The notes: generated by a model from the letters alone, not told the origin. A stretch of DNA of 64,000 bases from an uncultured delta proteobacterium (GCA_963755715.1 CAVWLW010000057.1:63832-127831), one strand, 5' to 3'; shown: positions 54,384-63,227, counted from the first letter of the stretch. Program-made: numbers and translations.

Positions 54384-54767
54384 ATGATAATTGCGATAAC
54401 CATCGTCCACGTCATTGTTAGCATCGGCTTGATTCTAGTCGTCCTGCTTCAGACCGGAAAAGGCGCCGAGGTCGGCGCGGTTTTCGGCGGCTCCAGTGCG
54501 ACCATTTTCGGCAGCAGCGGCGCTGGGAATTTTTTGACCCGGCTGACTACCGGCATGGCGATCGTCTTCATGATTACGTCGTTGACGCTTGGTTATTTCG
54601 CCGGCAAAAAACCAACTGCGACTATTTTCGATAATCGTGCACCGGCGGCGTTACCCAACTCTCCGGCACCGCAGTCTGCGCCTGCCCAGCCACAAGCTGC
54701 GCCCGAGGGCGGCGCGCAACCGAGCGCTCCCGCCGCGCCGGCGGACACGAAATCGAAAGCTCCATAA
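54384..54767 (+). CDS. secG: Preprotein translocase subunit SecG
   Basis: 'VLLQTGKGA..GAVFGG...FG..G..NFLTRLT'. Confidence 0.95.
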   Translation: MIIAITIVHVIVSIGLILVVLLQTGKGAEVGAVFGGSSATIFGSSGAGNFLTRLTTGMAIVFMITSLTLGYFAGKKPTATIFDNRAPAALPNSPAPQSAPAQPQAAPEGGAQPSAPAAPADTKSKAP

Positions 54768-54771
54768 AAAT

Positions 54772-54858
54772 GCGAGGGTGGCGGAATCGGCAGACGCGCT
54801 AGTTTGAGGGGCTAGTGCCGGAAACGGCGTGCGGGTTCAAATCCCGCTCCTCGCACCA
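54772..54858 (+). tRNA. tRNA-Leu (anticodon GAG)
   Basis: 87 nt; GGTGGCGGAATCGGCAGACGC D-arm, CTAGT-TTGAGGG-GCTAG anticodon arm, long variable arm, GGTTCAAATCC, 3' CCA. Confidence 0.96.
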
Positions 54859-54882
54859 ATGTTTTTAAACACTTCCGTTGCT

Positions 54883-55171
54883 TCACTCACTACCGCCCAC
54901 GGCGCTCTGATTTCCCTGGGAACACGACGGAATATTTTTTGACAGGCATCGGCGGATCTGGTCATCCGAAAAGTCGATGTACCGGCCGGCAATCCCGCGC
55001 AGCTTGTGACCGATGCCGCGCTCGCCGATCTCGAACGGCAGCCCGGCCGCGGGCCCATCTGGTGCGCGCGCAATGGCGAAAATCACGAAACTGGAAATCG
55101 CGGACCTTGGCGTCACTGACAGCCTTTTCAAAGGCATGGCGCAAAGTCGGCTTCGGTATCGGCTTTCCCAA
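54883..55171 (-). pseudogene. C-terminal remnant of a tyrosine recombinase/integrase
   Basis: Joining frames gives ..FQFRDFRHCARTRWAAAGLPFEIGERGIGHKLRGIAGRYIDFSDDQIR (R-H, GH and Tyr motifs); two frameshifts; abuts the tRNA 3' end. Confidence 0.8.
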
Positions 55172-55208
55172 ATAAAAAATTAGCCGGCTCGGACTTTGGA
55201 GCTAACTA

Positions 55209-55505
55209 CTAGTCTTTGTTGAACCGAGCTTTGGCAAGACAGTACTGAAGAACTGACCAAGCTCCCATCGGCCCCTCAGGTTTTGCGAGGATCAAATCCT
55301 TTGGTTCGAGCTGCAATACATCATAACATTGGTTTCGTGCACGCTGCTCAAAACGATAGCGGTCATAAACGTCTAAAACATAAACGAGACACGCTAGGGA
55401 TATACAGGCAAGGCTCACCCCAACCATGATCTTGAGCGTTGTACCCATCAGCGCGGGCAATTCAACATTTTTGAAGAAAACGCGTTTCTCCTCTTTGACC
55501 GACAT
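55209..55505 (-). CDS. Hypothetical membrane-anchored protein
   Basis: 98-aa ORF with one TM segment and paired Cys; no family recognised. Confidence 0.55.
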   Translation of the reverse strand: MSVKEEKRVFFKNVELPALMGTTLKIMVGVSLACISLACLVYVLDVYDRYRFEQRARNQCYDVLQLEPKDLILAKPEGPMGAWSVLQYCLAKARFNKD

Positions 55506-56220
55506 ACTCGATCTTTACCAAATTCACCGGCAAAAGGGTGAGAAAAATAGGCCCACCCCTGCACGCCCTTGTAGATTGCCGCTGTCAATGCGGACAATCT
55601 GAGACCTAAAATCGGAAACTTGTCTAGCTAATCGACTCGGGATTGGGGACGCAAATCGCTGCGTCGAGAAGAAAAAGGCAGGAGTCCTCACGGCGGCTTC
55701 GATTCGTACCGGGACAATAAAGAGGCAAGGCCAAAAGCTCCCCCGCACGAATCTCCGCTGAAAGCCTCGAGCAGTCGCGACCAGAGATCTTTTAGAGCGT
55801 CCGAGGGAAACATCGAAACTCCGCTGCGACGTAATGTTACGTCGGCCCTTTAAAGTTAACGCAACGCAGTTTCATGACCCGCCGGCTCTGCGCTCTTGTA
55901 GCGAGGTCCCGGCAAGTAGAAGACCGAAGGCTGTCGCTCGCGTTCTTGCGGATGGCGGCGCCGATCGCCACCACCTCGTCCGGGGAAAAAGGCGGTCCAT
56001 TGTTCGCGCGGGATTTCTCCGTGGGTCAGAATCCTTTTGCCCGTCGCCTTGTCCCCTCTCGTCAGCGAAACCGTCGATTAAAACCATGTGAAGAGTTAGC
56101 GATAATCCAAGCCCGGGGTGAGATCGCCGAAGACTTCCGTCAGGTTCTGAGCGCGGCCGTAATCAAACCGTCATAGGATCCCGCTTGGGCATTTTTGCTG
56201 ACGGGCGTATGTTAACAACC

Positions 56221-56904
56221 ATGCACATCCTCGTCGTTGAAGACGAAAGGAAAGTCGCGAGCTTCATCAAGCGCGGCCTCGAAGCCACTCACTATTCCGT
56301 GGATGTGGAACACGACGGCGAGGCGGGATTGAAACGGCTCCTGGAAGAGGAATATGACCTCGCGATCCTCGACGTCATGCTGCCGAAGCTGGACGGCCTC
56401 AGCGTGATGAAAAAAATACGTCAACAGCGGGTCAACGTGCCGATTCTTTTGCTCACAGCGCGGGTGACGGTGGCCGACAAAGTCCTGGGGCTGGATCTTG
56501 GCGCGGACGATTATCTCACCAAACCGTTCGTCTTCGAAGAATTGCTGGCGCGCGTGCGCGCGCTGCTCCGGCGCGGGGCTCCTGCTCAGCCGGCCATACT
56601 GACCATCGCGGATCTCAGGCTCGATCCGGTGACCCGTGAGGTTAGCCGCGGCAACAAGCGGATCGATTTGACCGCCAAGGAATTCGCGTTGCTCGAGTTT
56701 TTGCTGCGCAGGCGGGACCAGGTTCTCAGCCGCACGGTGATCGCTCAACATGTGTGGGGCATCGATTACGATAGCTTTACCAACGTGATCGACGTGTACG
56801 TGAACTACTTGCGCAAGAAAATCGACAACGACTTCGAGCCCAAGCTGATCCATAGCGTGCGCGGCGTCGGCTACGTGCTGAAGGAAGAGCCGTCGCCATC
56901 ATGA
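56221..56904 (+). CDS. OmpR-family response regulator (CusR/CzcR-like)
   Basis: ILVVEDE, LDVMLP, GADDYLTKPF, HSVRGVGY. Confidence 0.95.
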   Translation: MHILVVEDERKVASFIKRGLEATHYSVDVEHDGEAGLKRLLEEEYDLAILDVMLPKLDGLSVMKKIRQQRVNVPILLLTARVTVADKVLGLDLGADDYLTKPFVFEELLARVRALLRRGAPAQPAILTIADLRLDPVTREVSRGNKRIDLTAKEFALLEFLLRRRDQVLSRTVIAQHVWGIDYDSFTNVIDVYVNYLRKKIDNDFEPKLIHSVRGVGYVLKEEPSPS

Positions 56905-58322
56905 TTTGGCGGTCGACCACGCTCCGGGGCCGTCTGACTCTTTGGTATACGGGAATTCTGACGGCGACGTTCGCCGTGCTGGGCGCGACATCGGTGCTTC
57001 TGCTCGACCGCGGCCTGCGGCAAAACGTCGATGACTCGCTAGACTCAGTCGCCAACGCCATCGCCGACTCTGTCCAACGTCCGTCTTTTTTCGGTCCTGA
57101 ACTTGAAGATTATCTACAGTCGATGCTCGGTCCCGAACTCGCGGAGCGGTTTTTCCAACTGCTCGACCCGTTGGGCCGGCCCGACCCGCGTCTGCTGCCG
57201 CGCACAAGATCGAAGCTGCCGCTCAGCGCCGAAGCGTTGCGCAATGCGGAAAGAGGCCAGGCGACATTCGAGACGGTACGGGACCAGCCCGGATCCGAAA
57301 AGTCATTCCGCCTGCTGACTCTGCCGGTGGTCAGAAACGGCGCGACGGTAAATATCGTCCAGGTGGCCATGTCGTTGGAAAATGTCGAAGCTTCCCGTAG
57401 AAGGTTTCTTCTCATTCTTCTCATCCTGGCGCCCGTGGCTTTGACTGCCTCGGCGTTGGGCGGATGGTTTCTCGCGCGCCGCGCACTCACTCCGGTGGAT
57501 GCGATGGTGGAGGCAGCCCGGCGGATTGAAGCCGAAGATCTGACGCAACGAATCCCCGCTCCATCCGGCGAGGACGAATTAGCGCGCTTGGCCGCAGTGC
57601 TCAACGACATGTTGGCGCGCCTCGAGCGCTCGTTTGTCGCTGCGCGTCGATTCAGCGCGGACGCCGCTCATGAATTGCGCACGCCGCTTACCATTCTTAA
57701 AGGCGAGATCGAAGTCGCGCTCCGCGCCGCCGAGGCGCCCGCGGACATTCGCCGGACATTGGCGAGTTGTCTGGAAGAAGTGGACCGGCTCAATTCGCTG
57801 GTGGAAGATCTACTCCTGATGGCGCGCATGGAGGGCAATGCCTTAAGCGCACTTCCAAAGCCGGTCAACCTAGCCGAAGTGCTGGAAGACGTCGCTCCCG
57901 CCTTGACTGAGCTGGCGGCAAGGGCCGGAAACGTATGCACGGTCGCTGCGGCTCCGCCGCTGTGGATCGAGGGCTATGACTCGTTGCTCTTTCGCCTCGT
58001 TTTCAATCTCGCTGAGAACGCGATCAAGTACACGCCCAGCGGCGGCAAAATCGAGGTCACTCTCGAACAGCAGGACCACTCGGCGGTTTTGCAGGTCAAG
58101 GACAACGGCCCGGGAATCGCGCCCGACGCGCAAGAGCATATTTTCGATCGGTTTTATCAAGGCGATCCGGCCAGAGAAGGCAGCGGTACCGGGCTTGGCT
58201 TGGCGCTGGTCCGTGCGATCGTTGAGCTGCACCACGGCCAGATTCATTTGTCCAGCGCTGTTGGCAAGGGAAGCTGCTTTCGCGTGACCTTTCCGCTGGC
58301 GCCGGCCGCTTCTTCGTCATGA
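56901..58322 (+). CDS. Sensor histidine kinase (HAMP-HisKA-HATPase)
   Basis: Two TM segments; HELRTPL; NAIKY; DNGPGI; GTGLGL. Confidence 0.95.
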   Translation: MIWRSTTLRGRLTLWYTGILTATFAVLGATSVLLLDRGLRQNVDDSLDSVANAIADSVQRPSFFGPELEDYLQSMLGPELAERFFQLLDPLGRPDPRLLPRTRSKLPLSAEALRNAERGQATFETVRDQPGSEKSFRLLTLPVVRNGATVNIVQVAMSLENVEASRRRFLLILLILAPVALTASALGGWFLARRALTPVDAMVEAARRIEAEDLTQRIPAPSGEDELARLAAVLNDMLARLERSFVAARRFSADAAHELRTPLTILKGEIEVALRAAEAPADIRRTLASCLEEVDRLNSLVEDLLLMARMEGNALSALPKPVNLAEVLEDVAPALTELAARAGNVCTVAAAPPLWIEGYDSLLFRLVFNLAENAIKYTPSGGKIEVTLEQQDHSAVLQVKDNGPGIAPDAQEHIFDRFYQGDPAREGSGTGLGLALVRAIVELHHGQIHLSSAVGKGSCFRVTFPLAPAASSS

Positions 58323-58340
58323 AAGAAAACTGAACGAGTC

Positions 58341-58543
58341 TCGGCTGTAAGCCGAAGGGTTCTAATTCGTCGACTGGAAACTCTGGTTCCAATCATTCCG
58401 GCCCTTATCGGCACCCCGGTGAAAACCGGGGTCCATTCCCATCCCCCTTAACCTCGATACCGTTTTCCAACGATGTGACGGACGCTGTCCGTCACCTGGA
58501 TGCCACCGGGAGTTTATCCTGACTCGACGAAGGGCCGGCATGA
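58341..58543. repeat. Composite REP/MITE-like palindromic element (copy 2 of the dispersed repeat)
   Basis: 58341-58402 matches 2449-2515; 13/14-bp inverted repeat 58393-58406 / 58530-58543; internal ccccggt-gaaa-accgggg hairpin. Confidence 0.7.
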
Positions 58544-58597
58544 CGAAACTCTCACTTCGCCTGAAGGCGAGGCATTTTCAACCATCCCGAGAAAGAC

Positions 58598-58635
58598 ATT
58601 AGAAAATTCTAATCCGCTTTTAATTCTCCTCTCAT
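58598..58635 (+). promoter_or_regulatory. Putative OmpR-family binding site upstream of degP
   Basis: TTCTAAT/TTTTAAT/CTCTCAT at exact 11-bp spacing plus palindrome ATTAGAA-AA-TTCTAAT. Confidence 0.55.
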
Positions 58636-58715
58636 CTTTTCGACTTAAACTCTTGTACGAAAACGTTATCGTGAATCATCGTCGTGGACAGACTCTACAA
58701 ACCAGGAGGAGAAAA

Positions 58716-60179
58716 ATGATATCGAAGAGAGAAACTTTTATCGCGAGTGCGCTGGCGGTCGCTTTGGTTGGCGGCGGGTTCGCCGTGGGGCACGAATCGC
58801 AGAGATTGACGGCCCGGGCGGATGGGCATGCGAATAATGCCGCTGCCGCATCCCCATCTCAACCCGGTGCTTTGCCATCGTTTGCTGATCTCGCGGCGCG
58901 GGTCGCGCCGGCGGTGGTCAATATCAAAGTAACGTCGATTGCCAAGGCCGATTTTCCGGACCAGCTTTTCGGCGAGAATTTTCCTTTTCCAGGCTTCCGC
59001 ATGCCGATGCCCCAGCAACCGGAGCAGTTCAAACGTCAGGGCACCGGATCGGGATTCATCATTCGCAAAGACGGCCTGATCCTGACCAATAACCACGTTG
59101 TGGCCAATGCTCAGGAGATTACCGTGACCCTGAGCGACAAACAGCAATACAAGGGCAAAGTTCTCGGACTCGACCCGAAGACCGATTTGGCGGTCATCAA
59201 GATCGAGCCTAAGGATTCTTTGCCGGCTGTGACCCTCGGTAACTCCGAGATGCTTCGTGTCGGAGACTGGGTGATGGCGATCGGCAACCCCTTCGGATTG
59301 AGTAACACGGTGACCACGGGAATCGTCAGTGCCAAGGGGAGAACGATCGGAGCCGGTCCGTACGATGATTTCATTCAAACCGATGCATCGATCAATCCAG
59401 GCAATTCCGGCGGTCCGCTTTTCAACACGGCGGGTGAAGTCGTTGGCATCAACACCGCTATTTTCAGCCAGAATGGCGGCAATATCGGTATCGGTTTCGC
59501 TATTCCGGCGAACCTCGTGAAAAATCTCGTTCCGGAACTGGAAACCAAGGGCACGGTCACGCGCGGCTGGCTCGGTGTTTCGGTTCAGCCCGTGACGCCT
59601 GATCTCGCGCGCTCTCTTGGCGTCGACAAAGAGCGCGGCGCGCTCGTCGGCGATGTCGTGGCTCAAGGCCCCGCAGAAAAGGCGGGAATCAAACGCGGTG
59701 ATGTGATCGTCAGTTATGACGGGAAGAAAATCGACGAGTCGACGACCCTACCCGGTCTTGTCGCTGCTACGGGGGTGGGTAAGACCGTCCCGGTGGAAAT
59801 TCTGCGTGACGGAAAGATGAAAACCATCAATGTAGCCATCAGCAAGCTCAACGATTCGACCGCGGCACTAAACACAAAGCAGGAAAAGAGTGAGTGGGGA
59901 TTGGCCTTGCAAGACATCCAGCCCGAAGAGCGACGCCAGATGGGTCTCACGGGAAGCGAAGGCGTGATAGTGACTGCGGTCATGCCCGGCAGCCCGGCTG
60001 CGAACGCAGGCATCCACGCCGGCGACGTGATCTTGCAAGTCAACCAAGCTCCGGTGACCTCGGTGCAAGGCGTGAAAGATGAAGTTGCCAAAGCCAAGGG
60101 GGACAAGCCGCTGCTTGTGTTGCTGCGCCGCGCCGATGGCAGCACGTCGTTCGCCGCTTTGTCGCGCAACGTTGGTTAA
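58716..60179 (+). CDS. DegP/DegQ (HtrA) serine endoprotease
   Basis: TNNHVV, DLAV, GNSGGP, two PDZ domains; AGGAGG RBS. Confidence 0.95.
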   Translation: MISKRETFIASALAVALVGGGFAVGHESQRLTARADGHANNAAAASPSQPGALPSFADLAARVAPAVVNIKVTSIAKADFPDQLFGENFPFPGFRMPMPQQPEQFKRQGTGSGFIIRKDGLILTNNHVVANAQEITVTLSDKQQYKGKVLGLDPKTDLAVIKIEPKDSLPAVTLGNSEMLRVGDWVMAIGNPFGLSNTVTTGIVSAKGRTIGAGPYDDFIQTDASINPGNSGGPLFNTAGEVVGINTAIFSQNGGNIGIGFAIPANLVKNLVPELETKGTVTRGWLGVSVQPVTPDLARSLGVDKERGALVGDVVAQGPAEKAGIKRGDVIVSYDGKKIDESTTLPGLVAATGVGKTVPVEILRDGKMKTINVAISKLNDSTAALNTKQEKSEWGLALQDIQPEERRQMGLTGSEGVIVTAVMPGSPAANAGIHAGDVILQVNQAPVTSVQGVKDEVAKAKGDKPLLVLLRRADGSTSFAALSRNVG

Positions 60180-60218
60180 ACTCTCGGAACAGGAACACTA
60201 ACACCGTCAGACAGACAT

Positions 60219-60257
60219 AGGGGGTAGGCCGGTTTTTCGACTCGGCCTATCCCCTTT
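60219..60257 (+). terminator. Probable terminator hairpin after degP
   Basis: AGGGGGTAGGCCG...CGGCCTATCCCCT-TT. Confidence 0.65.
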
Positions 60258-60424
60258 GACGATTCTCGCCTCGCCATCACGAAAGAATTTTCGGATCTCG
60301 CATCGATGCATCCCTGGTTATGCGTCGTAGCGCATTGGAAACCCGCGAAAATACGGCAGGTCAGAATAACGGCTGTCGGCGAACGAAGTTGAGGACAGCG
60401 CAAAATTTTTTGCGCGTATCGACT

Positions 60425-60808
60425 GTGGATCTAAAAACCAAATTGCTGGAATTGTCGGGCGGAAATTACCTCATGATCATCGCTCGCGGACAAGTCGACG
60501 CAGAGGGACTCGAAGAAATTTTTCGCGAGGTCTCGGCGACAAGCAAATCCCGTTTAAATTTTAAGGTCTTGATTGATCTGGCGGACAGCAGAATAAGATT
60601 TGCTCTTCCGGATATCGATGTCCTTGTTAATAGCCTCGAGCATCATTTGTTGCACCGTAACATCCAAGTTGCATTTCTGTCGTCAACGGAGATCCACGAG
60701 TTCGATCGGCTGAGCGTCCTGTGCGCTTCCCTACGCAGCCTGGGTTTGAAGGTCGCGGCGTTCGATGACGCAAAAAGCGCTGTTGTCTGGCTCGCCGATA
60801 TAACCTAG
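60425..60808 (+). CDS. STAS/SpoIIAA-like hypothetical protein (start uncertain)
   Basis: 'KVLIDL', 'VAF', 'GLKVAAFDDAKSAVVWL' pattern. Confidence 0.65.
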   Translation: MDLKTKLLELSGGNYLMIIARGQVDAEGLEEIFREVSATSKSRLNFKVLIDLADSRIRFALPDIDVLVNSLEHHLLHRNIQVAFLSSTEIHEFDRLSVLCASLRSLGLKVAAFDDAKSAVVWLADIT

Positions 60809-60835
60809 CGTCGCTGTGCTGACACGCGAGCAGCT

Positions 60836-60928
60836 TCAGATCGCCGCGCGAGAAAACGCGCAAGTGGGTAGCGGTCTTCTCCGTCGTCTTTGATCCGTCT
60901 CAGGGAGCACCAGTATTTGGGTATACAT
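60836..60928 (-). pseudogene. N-terminal remnant of a universal stress protein
   Basis: GGAGG then ATG; MYTQILV(P)L-DGSKTTEK...ARFLARR recoverable across several indels. Confidence 0.6.
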
Positions 60929-60966
60929 TGGTTTTCCTCCGCTTCAATCTTTTTCGTTCTGAGTGC

Positions 60967-60981
60967 GCAATCACTATGCCA
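60967..60981 (-). promoter_or_regulatory. Sigma54 -24/-12 promoter
   Basis: Minus strand TGGCAT-AGTGA-TTGC, about 40 nt upstream of the USP-remnant ATG. Confidence 0.7.
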
Positions 60982-61057
60982 GGTGATTGCCACGACTTCT
61001 CCGCGATTATAGAGGTGCGATGGAGAAAAAGTTTCCGTCCAACGTCTGTCTACGTCT

Positions 61058-61073
61058 GTCTCATTTGTGAGAC
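61058..61073. promoter_or_regulatory. Palindromic operator/enhancer
   Basis: GTCTCA-TTTG-TGAGAC between the sigma54 promoter and the antiporter gene. Confidence 0.5.
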
Positions 61074-61132
61074 GGCAAAACGCCTGGACTAACTTTTACA
61101 CGCTGATATAGTCGCCGAGTCTGCCGCTGCCT

Positions 61133-62758
61133 ATGGAAGCGTTTAGTCCGCAGTTCTTTATCCTGACCTTAGCCCTGGTGGGCGTGGTGATTATCGTCGC
61201 TGCGCTTCTATCCGGCTTCATCGATCGCAGCGATATTCCTCAGGTCGGTGTTTTCCTCGCGCTCGGCGCGATGCTCGGGCCTGCCGGGTTGCAATTATTG
61301 AATGTTTCTCTCGATTCCCCGATCCTGCGCGTCGTCGCAACCTTAAGCCTTGTGCTGGTGTTGTTTACCGACGCCGTGAGCTTGAGCATCGCCGAGATCC
61401 GGCGTCATCGTCTTTTAGCTTTTCTTGTAATCGGGCCGGGCACTTTGCTGTCGGCGGCGCTCATCGCGCTCGCGGCATGGATGCTTTTGGATTTTTCGCC
61501 GGCGTCGGCGGTGATGATCGGCGCTGCTCTGGCATCGACCGATCCGGTGATGCTGCGCGGCTTGTTGAGACGGCCGGGGCTTCCTGGAACGGTGCGCCTG
61601 GCGTTGCGTCTGGAAAGCGGCCTGAACGATATCGTCCTGCTGCCGATCATTCTCGTCGCTATGGCTACGTTGAGCCATAGCAATCTTTTCGGCGTCGAAT
61701 CCGCGCGCCTTGGGCTTGAGCTATTTCTCCTCGGGCCCGGAGCTGGCGTCACGGTCGGTTTGCTGGCGATCGGAGCGCTGGAATTGGTGCGGCGCAAAAC
61801 CGGCGTGCGCCGCGACTACGAATCTTTATACTCGCTGGGCGTGGCATTTGCGGCTTATGCGGCGGCCGAAGCCGTACATGGTAGCGGCTTCTTGGCCGCT
61901 TTCTGCGCCGGATTGACGATTGCCGCTCTCGACGTGGAACTATGCGACTGCTTTCTCGAATACGGCCAGACCACCGCCGAGATGACGTTGCTCTTCACCT
62001 TCATCCTGTTCGGCAGCTCGCTCATATGGCAAGGGCTGCTCGTGCTGAACCTAATGACTGTACTCTTCGCCGTAACGCTGGTGTTGATCCGGCCGATCGT
62101 CTTCCTCTTGTCTTTGTCGCGCACCAACCTTGAGCGCCGGAGCTGTTTTTTGATCGCATGGTTTGGACCGCGCGGCCTGAGCTCCTTACTATTGATCCTC
62201 GTGCCGGTATTCGCCGGTGTGCCGGGCAGCGAGCAGTTGTTCGTCGTATGCTGCCTCGTCGTCTTGCTCTCGGTGGCGCTGCACGGCGGCTCGTTGATGT
62301 TGCTGGCTCGAACACCGCCGCCGCCCGCTTCTTTGAGCACTGCTCAAATCGACTCGGCAACGCCGCCAGCGAATGACGGCGCGCCGCGGCCAATCGCCGC
62401 TGCGAACGACAGCGATCGTATATCGGTCGAAGAACTCCGCGCGCTGCAATCCGCCGGCGCTCCCTTGTTGATCGTCGACGTCCGCGCCGAGACCAGTTTC
62501 AACTCCAGCCCATTTCAAGCTCAAGGCGCGCTACGAATACCCGCCGACCAAATCGTCCGCCGAATCGCCGAACTCAACGTGCCGCGCCAAACCTGGATCA
62601 TTACGTTCTGCGCTTGACCCGACGAAGCCACCAGCGCCCGTGCGGCGCAGGACCTAAAACGAGCCGGATGGGAGCGCGCGCGGGCGCTAATTGCCGGGTG
62701 GGACGCTTGGCAAGCCGCCGGACTACCGATCGAAGAGAAGCCAAGTCTGAATGTCTGA
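61133..62758 (+). CDS. NhaP/CPA1 cation:proton antiporter fused to a rhodanese domain; probable selenoprotein (UGA at 62615-62617)
   Basis: STDPV, ESGLND, WFGPRG antiporter motifs; rhodanese 'IVDVR...FCA-UGA-PDEATSARAAQDLKRAGWERARALIAGWDAWQAAGLPIEEK'; SECIS-like hairpin. Confidence 0.8.
62631..62651 (+). promoter_or_regulatory. Putative bacterial SECIS element
   Basis: CC-A-GCGCC-[CGUGC]-GGCGC-A-GG hairpin; loop starts after a 21-nt spacer from the UGA and has G at position 2. Confidence 0.65.
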
Positions 62759-62940
62759 TGACGCGCGCTCGCGAGAATCCGTAAATTCATGAGACTTCGT
62801 ATTCTGTCGGATCATTATTCTTTTATTTCTAAATGATTCCGAGTGGCCCGCGACTTGCTCGCTTTAAGATCTGAAATTCAAAACGTCACGACGATTCCGC
62901 TGTATCGTCGCACTAGAGGGATTATCGCCAAGGCGCGCCG

Positions 62941-63082
62941 TCGATTGGTTTGGCGTGAACTATGACGGGACAATGCCGACCATTCTGCTCGCATGCGACG
63001 AGAATTGGTTTGCTCTCTTTCCGGTCGCGCCGCCCAATCCCCCAGCCCATTGTCCCGTCATAGTTCACGCCAAACCAGTCGA
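62941..63082. repeat. 35-bp near-perfect inverted repeat enclosing 72 bp
   Basis: 62941-62975 versus reverse complement of 63048-63082: 34/35 identical. Confidence 0.9.
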
Positions 63083-63227
63083 TTACACAGACGTGGCGTT
63101 GTCTCTCCATACTTCCTCGTAATGCTGCTATTGCTCTCCGCTGTTCACTCAACGCGGCACCCGTTGCTTTGCCAAGCCAATAAATTATTGGTCATTCAGC
63201 CAATCGCCATCCTCGGCTACGCACTAT

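Noticed and set aside
62941-63082. Retron msr-msd or DGR interpretation of the inverted repeat
   Set aside because: No reverse transcriptase gene nearby in the window.
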